Source: Epithemia pelagica (taxonomy: Eukaryota; Protista; Bacillariophyta). From it: 64,000 bases of DNA. The stretch's first letter is position 1. The number at the start of each line of letters is the position of its first letter. Shown piece after piece: positions 38,730 through 50,813 of this stretch. Under the pieces are notes generated by a model that was given only the letters and a program-made list of their open reading frames with translations, was not told the origin of the DNA and made no database searches. Both the position numbers and the translations under genes were made by a program. The stretch is taken from contig OX337235.1 in assembly GCA_946965045.2 (NCBI GenBank), positions 1,178,001 through 1,242,000 of the forward strand, given 5' to 3'.

Positions 38730-40598
38730 ATGTTGATTATGCGCTTCTACTCTATTGCTTACATGGTGATCCTCGCCATTCTTCTGTTTGGTCTGGTTTC
38801 GGTGCATGCCGAGGTTCCCTCCGGATCACCCTCTGAAACCCCTTCTGAGAGCTCTGTTCCCTCTGGCAGTTCTGCTCCCTCTGGTAGTTCTGTTCCATCT
38901 GATACCTCTGTTCCCAATGAGACCTCTGTGCCGTCTGAGAGCCCTGTTCTCAATGAGAACTCGGCTCCCTCTGAGAGCCCTGTTCCCACCGAGACTTTGG
39001 TTCCCACCCTGTTGCCTGATCCAGAGTTTTTTGGGAACTGCCAAGAACCCTCGGCATGCGATGATGGGTCCTGTGGAACTTGCAAGACCAGTCGGGGTGC
39101 AGGAGATCCAGGATGCAGCTGCAGCCGATGCGCCTGCAAGGTGTGCGAAATCGATGCCTACTGTTGCATCAAACAATGGGATCCTATCTGCGTTGAAGAA
39201 GCGAATACCCTCTGTGATTGCCAGATCTTTCCTACGCAATCCCCCTCCTCGAGTCCTTCGGTGTCATCAGCGCCCTCTTATAAACCGTACCCATCCAACT
39301 TGTACTTTACATTGGCCAACCAAGACTGGCAATTGCAGAACATTACGGGTGTGTATGCCGCCAACACCGAGGGAATGGGTGGTCCACCAAGTCTCATGTT
39401 TTCTGGCGAAAGCACCCCGATTGGACTCACGGTGACATCTTGCAGCAATGATCGCAAGCTCTACTGGGTGGATCAGGCCAACAACGCGGTCAAGTACGCA
39501 AGTCTTGACCAGCCAATGGATTCGGCTAATGTCCTCTACTCGTATTTGGACGCCCGGGGCGAATACTTTACGACAATCTATGGAGTGCTTGGCATTGCCA
39601 TTAACGAAGCGCAAGGGAAACTATTCATTGGTGCCAATGGCGGATTGTACATGGCAGAACTCGATGGATCATCTACCTATGCTACTGTTTTGGAGCAGGA
39701 GTCCAAAGATATCCCCGCTCTCACTTTGGACCCCGCAACAGGATATCTGTACTATGGAGGACGTGAATACAGTGAAGTAGAAAACCGAGAAAAGTACTTT
39801 GTCCGGGAGTTGCGACCTCCGTACGACAAACCGTCTCGTGAATTGTACACTCCCGAATACTTTCGAAACAAGGCACAACCACGAGATATTGCTGTGGATG
39901 CAGCAAACGACATTTTGTACTTTACCGACAATATCAACGTCTACAAGGCTGCTCTGGATGGCACTTCTCCACAGCCCCAACTTCTCTTCTCCAATTCGGC
40001 ATTCCGTGACAATAACAGTACACATGACGATTACTACTACTACCATGAACAAGACAAAGTCCGTACTTTGGAATATCACATGGGGCGTTTGTACATGGGT
40101 GTTTTCGGTTCGGAGTATACGCGATTGTACGAAGGAAATCCGTCCGATCCGGCCAGTGGTCTTGTGACTCTCTACGACATTTCAATCTCAGGCGGTTATA
40201 ATTCGGGCATTCGAGGGATTGTCGTGTCCGATTGTCCCTCTCCTACTGCGAGTCCAACTCCTTGTGGAGATGACCAGCAACTGACCACTCTGGTTTCTCC
40301 CGTTTCGAGCACCGTTCTGGGAGTGGGAGCTGTCGCGTTTGTGATTGATACTCAATGGGCTACGGAACAGATTGAAAGCATTGGAGTGGACATTGAAAAG
40401 CTTGGGACAGCAAGCACTGAATGGGAACCGTTGGAAAGTTTCACGGTCGACCCAGCCTTGGGGACCAACGGAGTCCATGTGATTTATCGAACCTTTATCG
40501 AAGCAGGAACCTATCAGTGGCGTACCACGATTGCTGTGACGGGGGATCCTTGCCAAACAGAAGAAACAACTGAGAACACGCAGTTTACACTGGTGTAA
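38730..40598 (+). CDS. Secreted/cell-surface protein: signal peptide, PSxSxV hexapeptide repeats, Cys-rich module, YWTD-like beta-propeller
   Basis: Hydrophobic N-terminus ending VHA-EV; 18-bp repeats at about 38815-39000; CKVCEIDAYCCIKQWDPICV; LYWVD, LYYG, LYFTD, LYMG blades. Confidence 0.75.
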   Translation: MLIMRFYSIAYMVILAILLFGLVSVHAEVPSGSPSETPSESSVPSGSSAPSGSSVPSDTSVPNETSVPSESPVLNENSAPSESPVPTETLVPTLLPDPEFFGNCQEPSACDDGSCGTCKTSRGAGDPGCSCSRCACKVCEIDAYCCIKQWDPICVEEANTLCDCQIFPTQSPSSSPSVSSAPSYKPYPSNLYFTLANQDWQLQNITGVYAANTEGMGGPPSLMFSGESTPIGLTVTSCSNDRKLYWVDQANNAVKYASLDQPMDSANVLYSYLDARGEYFTTIYGVLGIAINEAQGKLFIGANGGLYMAELDGSSTYATVLEQESKDIPALTLDPATGYLYYGGREYSEVENREKYFVRELRPPYDKPSRELYTPEYFRNKAQPRDIAVDAANDILYFTDNINVYKAALDGTSPQPQLLFSNSAFRDNNSTHDDYYYYHEQDKVRTLEYHMGRLYMGVFGSEYTRLYEGNPSDPASGLVTLYDISISGGYNSGIRGIVVSDCPSPTASPTPCGDDQQLTTLVSPVSSTVLGVGAVAFVIDTQWATEQIESIGVDIEKLGTASTEWEPLESFTVDPALGTNGVHVIYRTFIEAGTYQWRTTIAVTGDPCQTEETTENTQFTLV

Positions 40599-41369
40599 AA
40601 GAAGGATGAACATCCTTTTGGTTCGTATCAGAACCCGTCTAGCTTTGGTAGTTTCTTTTTCATGGATAATTTCTAGATCCTTTTCATGCTTGTGCTGGGC
40701 CTCTTTTTCGCGAACGAATCGTTGTCACAAGGGAGGACCGACTAGTAGGTTTGAACATGGACGAGATCTATGGAAAAGTCAGGGTATATACTTGGTACCT
40801 GAACCGACCGCGAACTTCATGGCAATCCTAGAAACGATTCATGTCCAATGGTTGGCAACATGATATTTTCGCCCTCTAGAGTACTACATACACACTTGCA
40901 GGAAACCCAATTTCAATGGCACACACACATGTCGACAATGGAACACAATTCATGGAGAAGCTGTCACGCTGGTAAAGACCAGAACCATGTCGTGGAAGCA
41001 TTCACAGTCCAACAAACACGGAACCAACCAAAACGATGCAAGAGACGGCCGCTGATTGAGTGCGTGGAAACCGACTGCCACGTCAAAGAACCCAACAGAT
41101 GCGACGGAACAACAACAACAGCACAAAGACGACGACAAGGGTTTGGTTTTGAGTTTTGATTATGGAGTTTCTTCTTCTGTTGAGGAGGGCATTCACTTGT
41201 TGCCACAAGAGTGTAATTTTTGGTTGGGTGTCGACCATCGAACACACAAGTCGACACCCTCTTTTAATTTTCATCCAAGCCATTTGTCAATGCAACCACC
41301 TTTGTTTTTCAGTTTACCGTGTTTTCTTTTTCTTTTCGCTTGATTCCTTTGTTGTTGTCGGCGTGTTGT

Positions 41370-42185
41370 TTAGGGGAGAGCCTTGGTCAAGTCGTCGTAA
41401 TCCATGACAAACCAATCGGCATTTTCCTTAATGATATCACGCACCACGACACCACCGTATCCGACAAACAAATCGGCACCCCCCTCTTCCTGAATGGCTT
41501 CCAAATCGGTAATTCCATCACCTACCATGACCACCTTCTGGACACCAGTGGCCGCACGAATCTGACGAATGGCTTCGGGCTTGCCGCCATCACGGCTCGT
41601 GGGTTCCTCCAAATCAAACGTCTTGACCTTAATTTGTGGATAAAAGGAGGAATGATCGTCTTCGGAAGAAATGTAAATGAAACGATTGGCATAGATATTC
41701 TCTCGTGGCACATTGAGGTAATCCGAGACGGGCAAAATGAGTTCTCGGAATCCACCACTAATCAAATACACCGTCTTGTCACGCGATCGCAATCCTTCCA
41801 ATAAGTCAATAACTCCCGGTGCCAAGCGACTTTCGGCCGGATGGGCATCCATCCAGGCCATCATTTTCTCCACCGTGGGTTCCATAATTTCCAAACGTTG
41901 CTGCAAGGCTTCTTCCAAGCCCAAGGTTCCATTCATGGCCGCGTTGGTCAAATCTTGGACGGCCTGTCCCTTGCCCAAAAAGGCCGCCAAGGAATCCAAA
42001 CCATCCTTGGTGGTAATCGTACAATCGACATCAAAACAGACAGCTTCGGCCTCTTGCCAGAGTTGCTGAATTTCGTCGGCCGATTTGGTCGAAGCAAAAC
42101 GAGCAGACGACGACGACGAGGCCATGACACGACGGCTCCATCCACCAAGATTCTTTCCAGCGTTGAAAGCGATAGGACGAAACAT
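41370..42185 (-). CDS. PSP: Phosphoserine phosphatase (HAD superfamily), 271 aa
   Basis: CFDVDCT (motif I DxDxT), AAMNG, LISGGF, ANRF, GKPEAI, MVGDGITDLEA, FVGYGG. Arg/Ser-rich presequence. Confidence 0.9.
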   Translation of the reverse strand: MFRPIAFNAGKNLGGWSRRVMASSSSSARFASTKSADEIQQLWQEAEAVCFDVDCTITTKDGLDSLAAFLGKGQAVQDLTNAAMNGTLGLEEALQQRLEIMEPTVEKMMAWMDAHPAESRLAPGVIDLLEGLRSRDKTVYLISGGFRELILPVSDYLNVPRENIYANRFIYISSEDDHSSFYPQIKVKTFDLEEPTSRDGGKPEAIRQIRAATGVQKVVMVGDGITDLEAIQEEGGADLFVGYGGVVVRDIIKENADWFVMDYDDLTKALP

Positions 42186-43910
42186 GTTGTTTGTTTTGTG
42201 TTACTTGGAAGGATTCAACAAGAGATCTAGGTAGTTGTTGTTGTTCTTTGAATTGGATTGTCAACAAAGGATGATGACAAGACGAAAAAGAATTCTATTT
42301 GTGAGTTTTCTCTTCTCGCTCTCTACTACACACGAGTGGCTCTCAAGTACGTCGACGACGATTGATGGATTCTTCAGATGACGATGGGAGATGGGATGCC
42401 GATGGGACGAAGATTCCTTGCCAACAATCTTTTTTCTTGATCGCAATTGCAAATCAAGAGGGGTGGATGCAAGTACAGATTCGCGATGATGGCTGCCAAC
42501 AAAAGGGGAAAATCTTACTGCTCTCTCGCAGTTTTGTGGAATCGCGAGGCGGTGTGTGGGGCTGACACCTTCCCTTGCGTGACCGTGGGATTGTTTCATT
42601 CGTCACTTTCTTGTCGGAATCCGGTGTGTGGTTCCGCGCTGTACAAAGAAATGAGTCTCTCCCATACCAGTCTACATGACACAGAAAGGCCATTCCCCCA
42701 ATTCCCCCCGCCGCGGGCAGTGCTCGCGTGAACACGCCAGTCGAGAACAATCCCATCAGAATTCTGAGAATGGCGGTCGGTGTTCGAACGAGGAACCACA
42801 CCCTCAAAGTCGACCACCAGAAAAAGACGGTCCCTATTCTCATGCACGGAGCCGAATCTTCCCCATGGGAAACGTCATTCCTTCCGAACTTTTAGCTCTT
42901 CTACAAGCAATAGGAATTCACTCACAATCAAAAGCATTCCATCAGCAAACGTGCACAAAAAGCAAAAGAACAACCCAAGGAACATCATCACTAAGAAAGA
43001 ACAAGGGACCAAGGCGACGAACCGAACAATGTGAGGCGGAACAAGAACCTATCAATCATTAAATGATATGCTTCAAGGTCTGATCAAAAGGGATGTTGCT
43101 TCCTCTGTGTGCTCTCCAAATTGTCTCTCGACGGCAACTTCTTGGACGGTTTTCGTTGGTTCCACAAAATGCACAGTGAGACATGACTTTTGTGGTGAGG
43201 CTTCAAATGGCACACACTCGTTCCATGGATTCGCCGTGCGGAGCCAATCGGCGCGCGTTTTTGCAACCCATTATTGAATGAAGGATTCCTACCGTTGGCA
43301 AACACAAACGAGGACAATCCACCCTGTTCTTGTCGCCATGTGTGGAATCGTCAGGCAAGTGCTACGTCCTTTCGCACCTTCTGGACCAACCAATAAGCAG
43401 CGCCACCACTGTCCATGGCAACCTCCATGAGTGCATGTCGGGACGTTATAAAGCTCCTCCCTCATCCCCTTTGAATATACGAATCTACCACACAGACCAA
43501 AAACCTCAAAAACCTCATTAACAGGATGATTGGAATGCTTTCTCTTCACGTTTCACATATAGCGACTCGAATACACACATACAGCGACATTTGAATGGTG
43601 AAAATCGCTGTAACCCACAAGATGGTTTGGACCTTCTCCTTCAATAGCTTTGAATGATCGGAACTTGATGTTGGAATATCTGCAGTGTCCGCTCCCGCTC
43701 CCAAAGCTGTTTCGGGTAAAAGCATGCAGTCCCATTGAGTAAGTTCCATTGTTGATTGTATGGCAGTGACCAAGTCCGCTGCACTTTTTGTTTTGGTAAG
43801 GTGATGAGAAATTCAAGATCAGAGCAAGGTCACCATGTCTTCAACGACAAAGCCAAAAGAATTCTTCCCCTTGACAAAACCGAAAGCTTAAGTCTGTCAA
43901 TATTGACTTG

Positions 43911-45377
43911 TCATTTTGTTTCCCCACATACAAGGTGTTCCAAAAAGATGCGACGAGCAGCATCCGTCAGAATCTCATCCAGCGCCAAATCTTGACTCAT
44001 TTCTACATGTAGTTCTGGAACGAGCATTTCCTTGGATTTCCAATTGTTGCTCGTCTTGTCCTTGCCATCTTGTTGTTTATTGTTGCTTGTTTGTTGAATG
44101 ACACCACGGGCGCCCAAGACATTGGCATTGGGTCCGTCGTGTCGTGGAGCCTGTTGAATATGAGGTCTTACTCGTTCCGTGAGGTAGGACGTGTCTTGAA
44201 ATCCCAACACTTGAGTGACCAAGGGGCCGGCATAGGCCAGCCATTCCATGACTGTTACCAAATGAAACTTGGCGACTGTATCCAACGCTTTGCCCACCAG
44301 TTCTCCTCGTTTCCGGCTGTCGGATGCCGTCGTTCCCCGATACGTGTGTTGCACCAGACCAGCCAATGTAGGAGGATCGGCAAAGGTTCGAACATAGACA
44401 TTGGCCAAATCACGTCGGCGTTGCCACCAAAGTGTGACATTGCGCATCTTGCATCCTCGATTTTCCAAGCATTCAAACCGAAATTGCGACAGGGCACGAT
44501 CCAGAGGACGGCGAAAACTGGTGGCAAAGACGGCCGGTAATTCCCAATGGCGCGAAGGATCAAAGGCATCCCATTCATTGCCAGCCACTCGGAAATGTTC
44601 CTCTTCAAAATGTTGAATAATCTCGGCATTGCTCCAGGAATGCAGATATCCAGCTCCGGGTGTCTTGGGCCAATGCATGTCAGGCATACAATAATACCTC
44701 GGCAACGTGTCGCGAGGTAAATTGTGTTCGGCCAGGGTACAAAAGTTGGTTCCACCCGCCTTGCGCAAATGCTGGAAAAACAAAAAGTCCTTGCCGTCTC
44801 GAAATTCATCGGAACGTGTCATATTTCGTTGGTCCGGTATCGTGATTCGGTGAGAATTGGTGTCCGCCAGGTTGGTTGGACAAGGAAATAATTTGCGAAC
44901 CTCCTCCAATGGGAGGATACGGCCTTGTTTGGTTTCTTCGTCCAGGAGCTGACGCTCAAAGGAACGTACTTGAAACGGATCACGGTTCTCCAATTCTCGC
45001 AATAGATCCGGGGCCGAAAGTTGTGCTAATTGAACTGCCACATCGCGCCAATACTCATAATTTTGTAACGTTGTAGTCTTCGAATCGATAGAGGTACTCT
45101 TTCTTTGTTTTGGTTTGTTGTCGTGATGCTGAGGCATGTTGGGTTGCTTGGCGGCGTTTGAACCTTTGTCATTGTTGGAATCAGTCGATGCATCAGAGGA
45201 TGAGAAATGAAATAAATAATGGTACGAGACTAGCACCAAAACCAAGGAAATCACAATCAAGATGGCAAAGATCGATTCGAGAGGTCGATTTTTCCAGGAG
45301 AAACTAAAGGTACCCCTTTGTTTTCTTCGTTTGCTAGTGCCGCTGATTCTGCCAGCCGTTCTGTTCTGTGTTCGCAT
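43911..45377 (-). CDS. Type II membrane sulfotransferase-like protein
   Basis: N-terminal TM helix; 5'-PSB motif FQHLRKAGGTNF; 3'-PB motif FRRPLDRALSQF. First true ATG at 45377. Confidence 0.8.
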   Translation of the reverse strand: MRTQNRTAGRISGTSKRRKQRGTFSFSWKNRPLESIFAILIVISLVLVLVSYHYLFHFSSSDASTDSNNDKGSNAAKQPNMPQHHDNKPKQRKSTSIDSKTTTLQNYEYWRDVAVQLAQLSAPDLLRELENRDPFQVRSFERQLLDEETKQGRILPLEEVRKLFPCPTNLADTNSHRITIPDQRNMTRSDEFRDGKDFLFFQHLRKAGGTNFCTLAEHNLPRDTLPRYYCMPDMHWPKTPGAGYLHSWSNAEIIQHFEEEHFRVAGNEWDAFDPSRHWELPAVFATSFRRPLDRALSQFRFECLENRGCKMRNVTLWWQRRRDLANVYVRTFADPPTLAGLVQHTYRGTTASDSRKRGELVGKALDTVAKFHLVTVMEWLAYAGPLVTQVLGFQDTSYLTERVRPHIQQAPRHDGPNANVLGARGVIQQTSNNKQQDGKDKTSNNWKSKEMLVPELHVEMSQDLALDEILTDAARRIFLEHLVCGETK

Positions 45378-45797
45378 GGACAAGCTCTCGTTGACTTCTT
45401 GAGGCTAATGCTTCTCTTATTCTTTGCCAGACTGATTATACACATCGCAATAATGATACAACATCTGGAGTCATTGTCACTACAAAACTGCTAGTATCCG
45501 GGTTGTTACGAGCACATAGCTATTCTATTATTTCTATGGCATATCTATGGACTAACGCTTCTCATCCTCCTCCATCTTACAATACTCCTATGCCATCATC
45601 TATCATCTCCGAGTTCGAGAACCTTAAAAAAAGATCATGGCTATCTATCAGCGCTCTTTTCCCTAAATCTAGGAGTGGTAAGAAGACACTTGGTGGTTCA
45701 AAGGAATTATTTCATTCTTCTTCTTCTCTCAAGAACTAATAGCTCAACTTGCCACAACTGCCAACCGATCAATGTTGCATGGTTTTTATCCTGCAAA

Positions 45798-46709
45798 TTA
45801 TTTGTTTCTCCAAAACACTGGTTTCTCGGTAGAAATATCTCCCTTGAGATTCAATATTTCTTTGGATTCTTCCGCGAGACGGTAGTAATAGTGCCGGGTT
45901 TCGGGACATTGTTGTCGGTCCAAAAAAATAAGTCGTCCATTGGGCGGATTAAAGGTTTCTTCAAATTGCTCGACTGGCAATTGAAAGTACCGCATGACAA
46001 AGAGTCGCAAGGTGAGACCGTGCGTGACACACAAGATATTCACATGCTCTGTATCCAAACCCATGCGATTTTGCATCTGACCAATGTCGCGATTGAGCGA
46101 TCCCATAAAGGACGTCACCCGACTGTACACATCCATTCCACTTTCTCCATTGGGGAATCGATAAAAGAAGCGTCCAAACAAGTTTCGTTCTTCCTTGCTC
46201 GCCAATACTTTGGTTGGATTTTGGAAATTTCCAAACTGCTGTTCGGCCAAGCGCGGTTCTTGACTCATCCCAATGACCTGCTCCTCTTCGTTCAATTGAC
46301 TTTGAATTTCCTCCCATGTTTGCAAGGTTCGACGATACGGACTGCAATAGGTCACCACCGAAGGCTTCGCGGGTGGCTCGTTGCCTTTGGGCGACGATGG
46401 TTCCAAGAGCTTGGCCAATTCCTTCCCAGCCTCTTGTGCCTGCTCAATACCCTTTTCGGTTAGCTCAATTTTCCAATCTGGTGTTTTGGCATAGGTTTCT
46501 TCACTGACATTGCCCATGCTTTGTCCATGTCGCACCAAAATGATACGAACAGGCGGAATGGGCGACTTTTCAGTAGCACTGTCTTGTGGCAACAGCGACT
46601 TTGTCGAAGCCCATCGTCGACCATGAAACAACTGTGACGCAGACTGCGCACGACACCATGAATCCAAGGCCCGTCGTTGCAGATTCTGCACGGCACCTCC
46701 TCGAAACAT
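45798..46709 (-). CDS. Histidine phosphatase / phosphoglycerate-mutase-like protein, 303 aa
   Basis: LVRHGQSMGN, LTEKGIEQA, SPYRRTLQT, EPRLAEQQFG, FPNGESGMDV, CVTHGLTLR. Mitochondrial-type presequence. Confidence 0.9.
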   Translation of the reverse strand: MFRGGAVQNLQRRALDSWCRAQSASQLFHGRRWASTKSLLPQDSATEKSPIPPVRIILVRHGQSMGNVSEETYAKTPDWKIELTEKGIEQAQEAGKELAKLLEPSSPKGNEPPAKPSVVTYCSPYRRTLQTWEEIQSQLNEEEQVIGMSQEPRLAEQQFGNFQNPTKVLASKEERNLFGRFFYRFPNGESGMDVYSRVTSFMGSLNRDIGQMQNRMGLDTEHVNILCVTHGLTLRLFVMRYFQLPVEQFEETFNPPNGRLIFLDRQQCPETRHYYYRLAEESKEILNLKGDISTEKPVFWRNK

Positions 46710-47287
46710 GCTTACAATGGACTCTTGGCGTTGTTGTTCAGCAACAATAACGATAGTCTCGTTTTCCGTCGGTATCCGATATCATTATCATCTGTTTTGT
46801 TTGGCTAATGTTCTAGTGTACTAAGTGTATCTGTTTCCGGCTCTGTTCTCTCACTGACCTTTTCTTCATTGTCTTATGGCAGCTTGTCAAATTGTCGTGA
46901 ACCATCTGCTTGTGTGAAAGGGTGAAACAAATGGGGGAGGAATCTTTTTCTTTGGGTTGAGATTTTTCAGTGCGGGGTGCGGGGGCGGGGGCGCAGATAC
47001 TGCTCCAAAACGGTTAGTAGACGTTATCAAGATATAGTACAAGAGAATTTACTCTTATTCTATTGTATTGTATATTGTACAATTGTAATGGCTTCGTATC
47101 GCCGGGTGATCCTAACTTTCGGATCTCATCAACGAAATCTTCCTCGGAGGATCGCTCGCTTTCCCCTCGTTCTCATCACATGCTCGAATCCATCTCGATT
47201 GATTCCCCGTCGTACTACCCTGTTGTCGCATCAGTGTATAATTTCAAACTGAAGACTGTTTCTCTCGGACAAAGTACTGCTCGGAAA

Positions 47288-48664
47288 ATGCACAGAGCTC
47301 GACGACGCAGAAACCCTTCTCCAATCCGCCAAAGGGTTCTTGTCTTTGTCTCGGTTTCCCTTTTGGCGACGGTCTGCATTGCAGCGGTAGTTTCGACATT
47401 GACCCTTCTCGAGACCACTTCTATAGAGCAACTCCCAAGTCAATGGGAAACGAGGCCTCTTGATACTTTGCAAACTCGACAATCCGAGCCTATTCATGAG
47501 GAACTTGCAGTCAACCAGGAGTCTCCCTACCATCAAACCATTGACATTAACACACATCCAATGTCCCTCCTTCTAAGAAAACCAATCAGCAGTCAAGTCC
47601 ATATTTCTCCCCAAATACCTCATCGGCTGATTTTTACCCATGGCGAAAATATCTTGATCACGAAACGTCCGACGATCTTACATGACAATATTGATCGAAC
47701 AATTCGTTTGTACCGCGAGTTTTGGAACAACAATTCGTCGGCATCATCCAAGAATGCAACCGATGTTGCGGATCCGGTCTGGTTCTTGGATAACGAAGAA
47801 TGCCTCCGAGTCGTCGGTAAAGTGGAACCTCGTTTGGTTCCCTATTTTCAGCAAGAGGAACGAGGGGATTTCAAGGGCGACATTTGTCGAGTGGCAGCCT
47901 TGTACCTTCGTGGTGGATATTATTTTGATATTGACATGCAAGTCATTGAACCAGTACCTGTACCACCACACATATCTTTTGTGACGGCCCTGTCGGAAGT
48001 GAATCAACTGTTTTTTCAATCCATTCTGTTTTCCGAACCATTAAATCCGATTCTAAAGGAATCCATGGCACTCATGCTTTCTCACTATCAACGATGCGAA
48101 GGAGAACGTGCCCTGGTCCTGAAGTCTTCTGATCCCATCAGGACATTTCTCCAACTGGTCCAAACAGAACGAAGGAATCCGCCAATCGGTCATGTGTTTC
48201 CGACAGAAAATGACGAGTGGTATCTCAATGAAACAGAATCCATTCGAGATTTGGAACAGGGATATTCCAGTCATTCGAGAGATTGGATGCAAGGTGTCTT
48301 GTCTGCATGGCAAATGAGAAGAATCAATAGAATTCTGGGACCTCGGACACTCACAGAGGCCTATTTCAATGTTGTGTCAACAACAGAATCTCCTCAATCG
48401 TCCGAAACTATACAGATGCTCCAAGAGTCGTATTTGCATGACGTTCACAATGAACCATCATCATCCGTCTTGTACCCTGCTCTTGCACGGCAAGATCCAG
48501 CCGAGGGCATTGGTTGTAACTTTGTGGTTCACGACAAGGACCGTCACGTCCCCTACTTTTACAGCCGCCTGGTGGGTACGGACAAGTGCCAAATACCCGT
48601 TGTCAAAAAACGCCCTGTTTATGCGAATTACAAGGCGGGAACCCGTGTACGACTGAAACATTGA
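47288..48664 (+). CDS. Glycosyltransferase family 32 (DXD, OCH1/alpha-1,4-GT-like) type II membrane protein
   Basis: Basic tail plus TM helix; IPHRLIFT; KGDICRVAALYLRGGYYFDID. Start taken at MHRARRRR. Confidence 0.8.
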   Translation: MHRARRRRNPSPIRQRVLVFVSVSLLATVCIAAVVSTLTLLETTSIEQLPSQWETRPLDTLQTRQSEPIHEELAVNQESPYHQTIDINTHPMSLLLRKPISSQVHISPQIPHRLIFTHGENILITKRPTILHDNIDRTIRLYREFWNNNSSASSKNATDVADPVWFLDNEECLRVVGKVEPRLVPYFQQEERGDFKGDICRVAALYLRGGYYFDIDMQVIEPVPVPPHISFVTALSEVNQLFFQSILFSEPLNPILKESMALMLSHYQRCEGERALVLKSSDPIRTFLQLVQTERRNPPIGHVFPTENDEWYLNETESIRDLEQGYSSHSRDWMQGVLSAWQMRRINRILGPRTLTEAYFNVVSTTESPQSSETIQMLQESYLHDVHNEPSSSVLYPALARQDPAEGIGCNFVVHDKDRHVPYFYSRLVGTDKCQIPVVKKRPVYANYKAGTRVRLKH

Positions 48665-49041
48665 TCTGCGTCTGAACTAGCTCCCCTTGCACAGTATCGA
48701 CAACATCCAATGGGACACGGCCTGACTTCTGCAAATATAGACCGAAGACATTTCGTAGGTAAGGAACAGTACAGACGGTAGCCAAACACAGGTGCCAGGC
48801 TCAACGAAGACATATTGTCGGTTAGAAGGAATGGATGTGGTAATGATAGACCATTTATATGTTCTCCTTCAGTAGTAGGAGTAAGTTCGTGTTGGGAGCT
48901 GGTGGACAATGTATGAAGCGGTAGCATAGGTAGGCCATATCCATATTTTGACGGACTGGAGGCCAGACGGTCTTGGACCTTGTTTCGATTGTTAGCTCCA
49001 CAAACTGTTTGTGGCAACAGAGCAAGTAATTGACATTCACA

Positions 49042-49498
49042 ATGGTACGTGAAATCGGACGGCAAAGGATGGAGATTCTGTTTATGTGTCAGTGAAGTCG
49101 TATGAGTATCCTCCATCATAATCCGTTGGAAATGGAGGGATGAGTCGAAATTGGTTTGTCGTGTCCTTTGTTCGCTCTCTCCCATTCTTACCGCTTACCG
49201 TGTTACTATTTTTGTCTTGGACGATGTTGGATCCGATGAATGGGGCGCCATCCATGAACGAATACGAAACAAACACACTACTAATGTCTAACAGGATCAA
49301 CCTGTCAAATTGGCCAAAGTGAGCAAAGTGTTGGGTCGCACCGGAAACACGGGAAATGTGACACAAGTCCGTGTGGAATTTATGGAAGGTGGCAACACGA
49401 CGGGCCGAAGCATTGTCCGAAATGTCAAGGGACCCGTGAGAGAAGGAGATATTCTCTGTTTATTGGAATGGGAACGTGAGGCTCGTCGGCTGCGGTAA
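49042..49498 (+). CDS. RPS28: 40S ribosomal protein S28 (eS28); exons 49042-49044 and 49295-49498, 68 aa
   Basis: [16 protein letters not shown]...[27 protein letters not shown]|GTACGT donor and CTAAT..CTAACAG acceptor give an in-frame MDQPVKLAK. Confidence 0.92.
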
Positions 49499-50813
49499 AA
49501 TCGAATGGAACAACGAAGGAGCACGGCAGTATTGTTGCTTTGTGTCAATCGCCACGGGCAAATTACTTAAGGAAAAATCTACAACACAACATGACATGTT
49601 GAATGCAAAACAACCCAGTGAAATTGGAGATGGCGCTTTCATTTTCATATGTTTTTCGGGACGTTTTGAGAATACGCATTTTTGTAATGCTGGACTCCAT
49701 CCTCTGCTAGTCTATTGACTTGCGGATGAGCGAGAACCAGTATGGAGAATTGTTTCGGCTTTGTGAAATGTTTCTTGATCGACCATTGTGAATGGCTATG
49801 GTCAGGATTGTTTGTGGATTCTGGGCAGAAGTGTGTGTATTGTCAGTCGTTTCGTATGGTTGGCGCCTGGATTGTAGTTTCTAGAACGACGTCGTAGGTT
49901 CGTTCGTACATGATGATGCGCTGCTGTGTTGAGCATAAAAGGTTCTGTGGACTGGAGAATAGGAGGAGTTTGTTTCCATATATTGATTGATGCTCGTTTC
50001 ATGTCCAATCCCAGAGCCCAAGTGGATTGGAGAAACTTGCCTATTCTTTGTCCACGACAAAGGGCCGAACTATTCTCAGTGATGGAGTGTGGCTTGCTTC
50101 CCTTCTGTTCACAACAACTAGTCATGGATTGTCTTGCTTTGTGCAATGGAGGCAATCTCTTTGTTCCCGGCCATAGTAAAGCAAACAAGGATCGTATACC
50201 GAGAAAGCTATGGAGAAGTTAGTTCCTCGATCTCTATGGCGGCTACCCCAATCGTTTCCTGAAGAGAGAGTCGGCTCGACGATGCACTGCCCGCGCCTCT
50301 CAAAAGACACTTCCAAGCGTCGACGATGTATATAATTCTAATGTCAAAACTATAGATGGGTTCATCCGGACGCCTAGTTGTGTCGCATTGACACTGGGTC
50401 ATTCCACACTCCAAACCCCGAACCACACGACCAATGACCGCCTCGTGCCCTACACGGAAAACCCAACGACGATCGAGGCTTCAACGGAGAGGAGTCTTTG
50501 TTCTCGTTGGAAACCTTTTTGGCGGTGTATTGGGTGTCTTGTGTTGTGTCTCTCTCCCTCTCTGTGTGTAGTTGTCTTGGTTGTTGTTGTTATACTGTCC
50601 ACCATCATCCTTGTGTTCCAGGAGATTAACTCTGGAAGAAAAAGACCATTGCAATCGTTGTTGTGGAAAGTGAAGACTCCTTGCATCTGATTGGATCACG
50701 GAGTCCTTGGAACAGTGGTTGGCATCCTTGACTTGGTGGCACCAAAGGACTACTATCTCTTTGCGTGTTTTGGTTGAACTTGGAGCATTGCTTGAGAGAG
50801 AAAAACTGCAACC

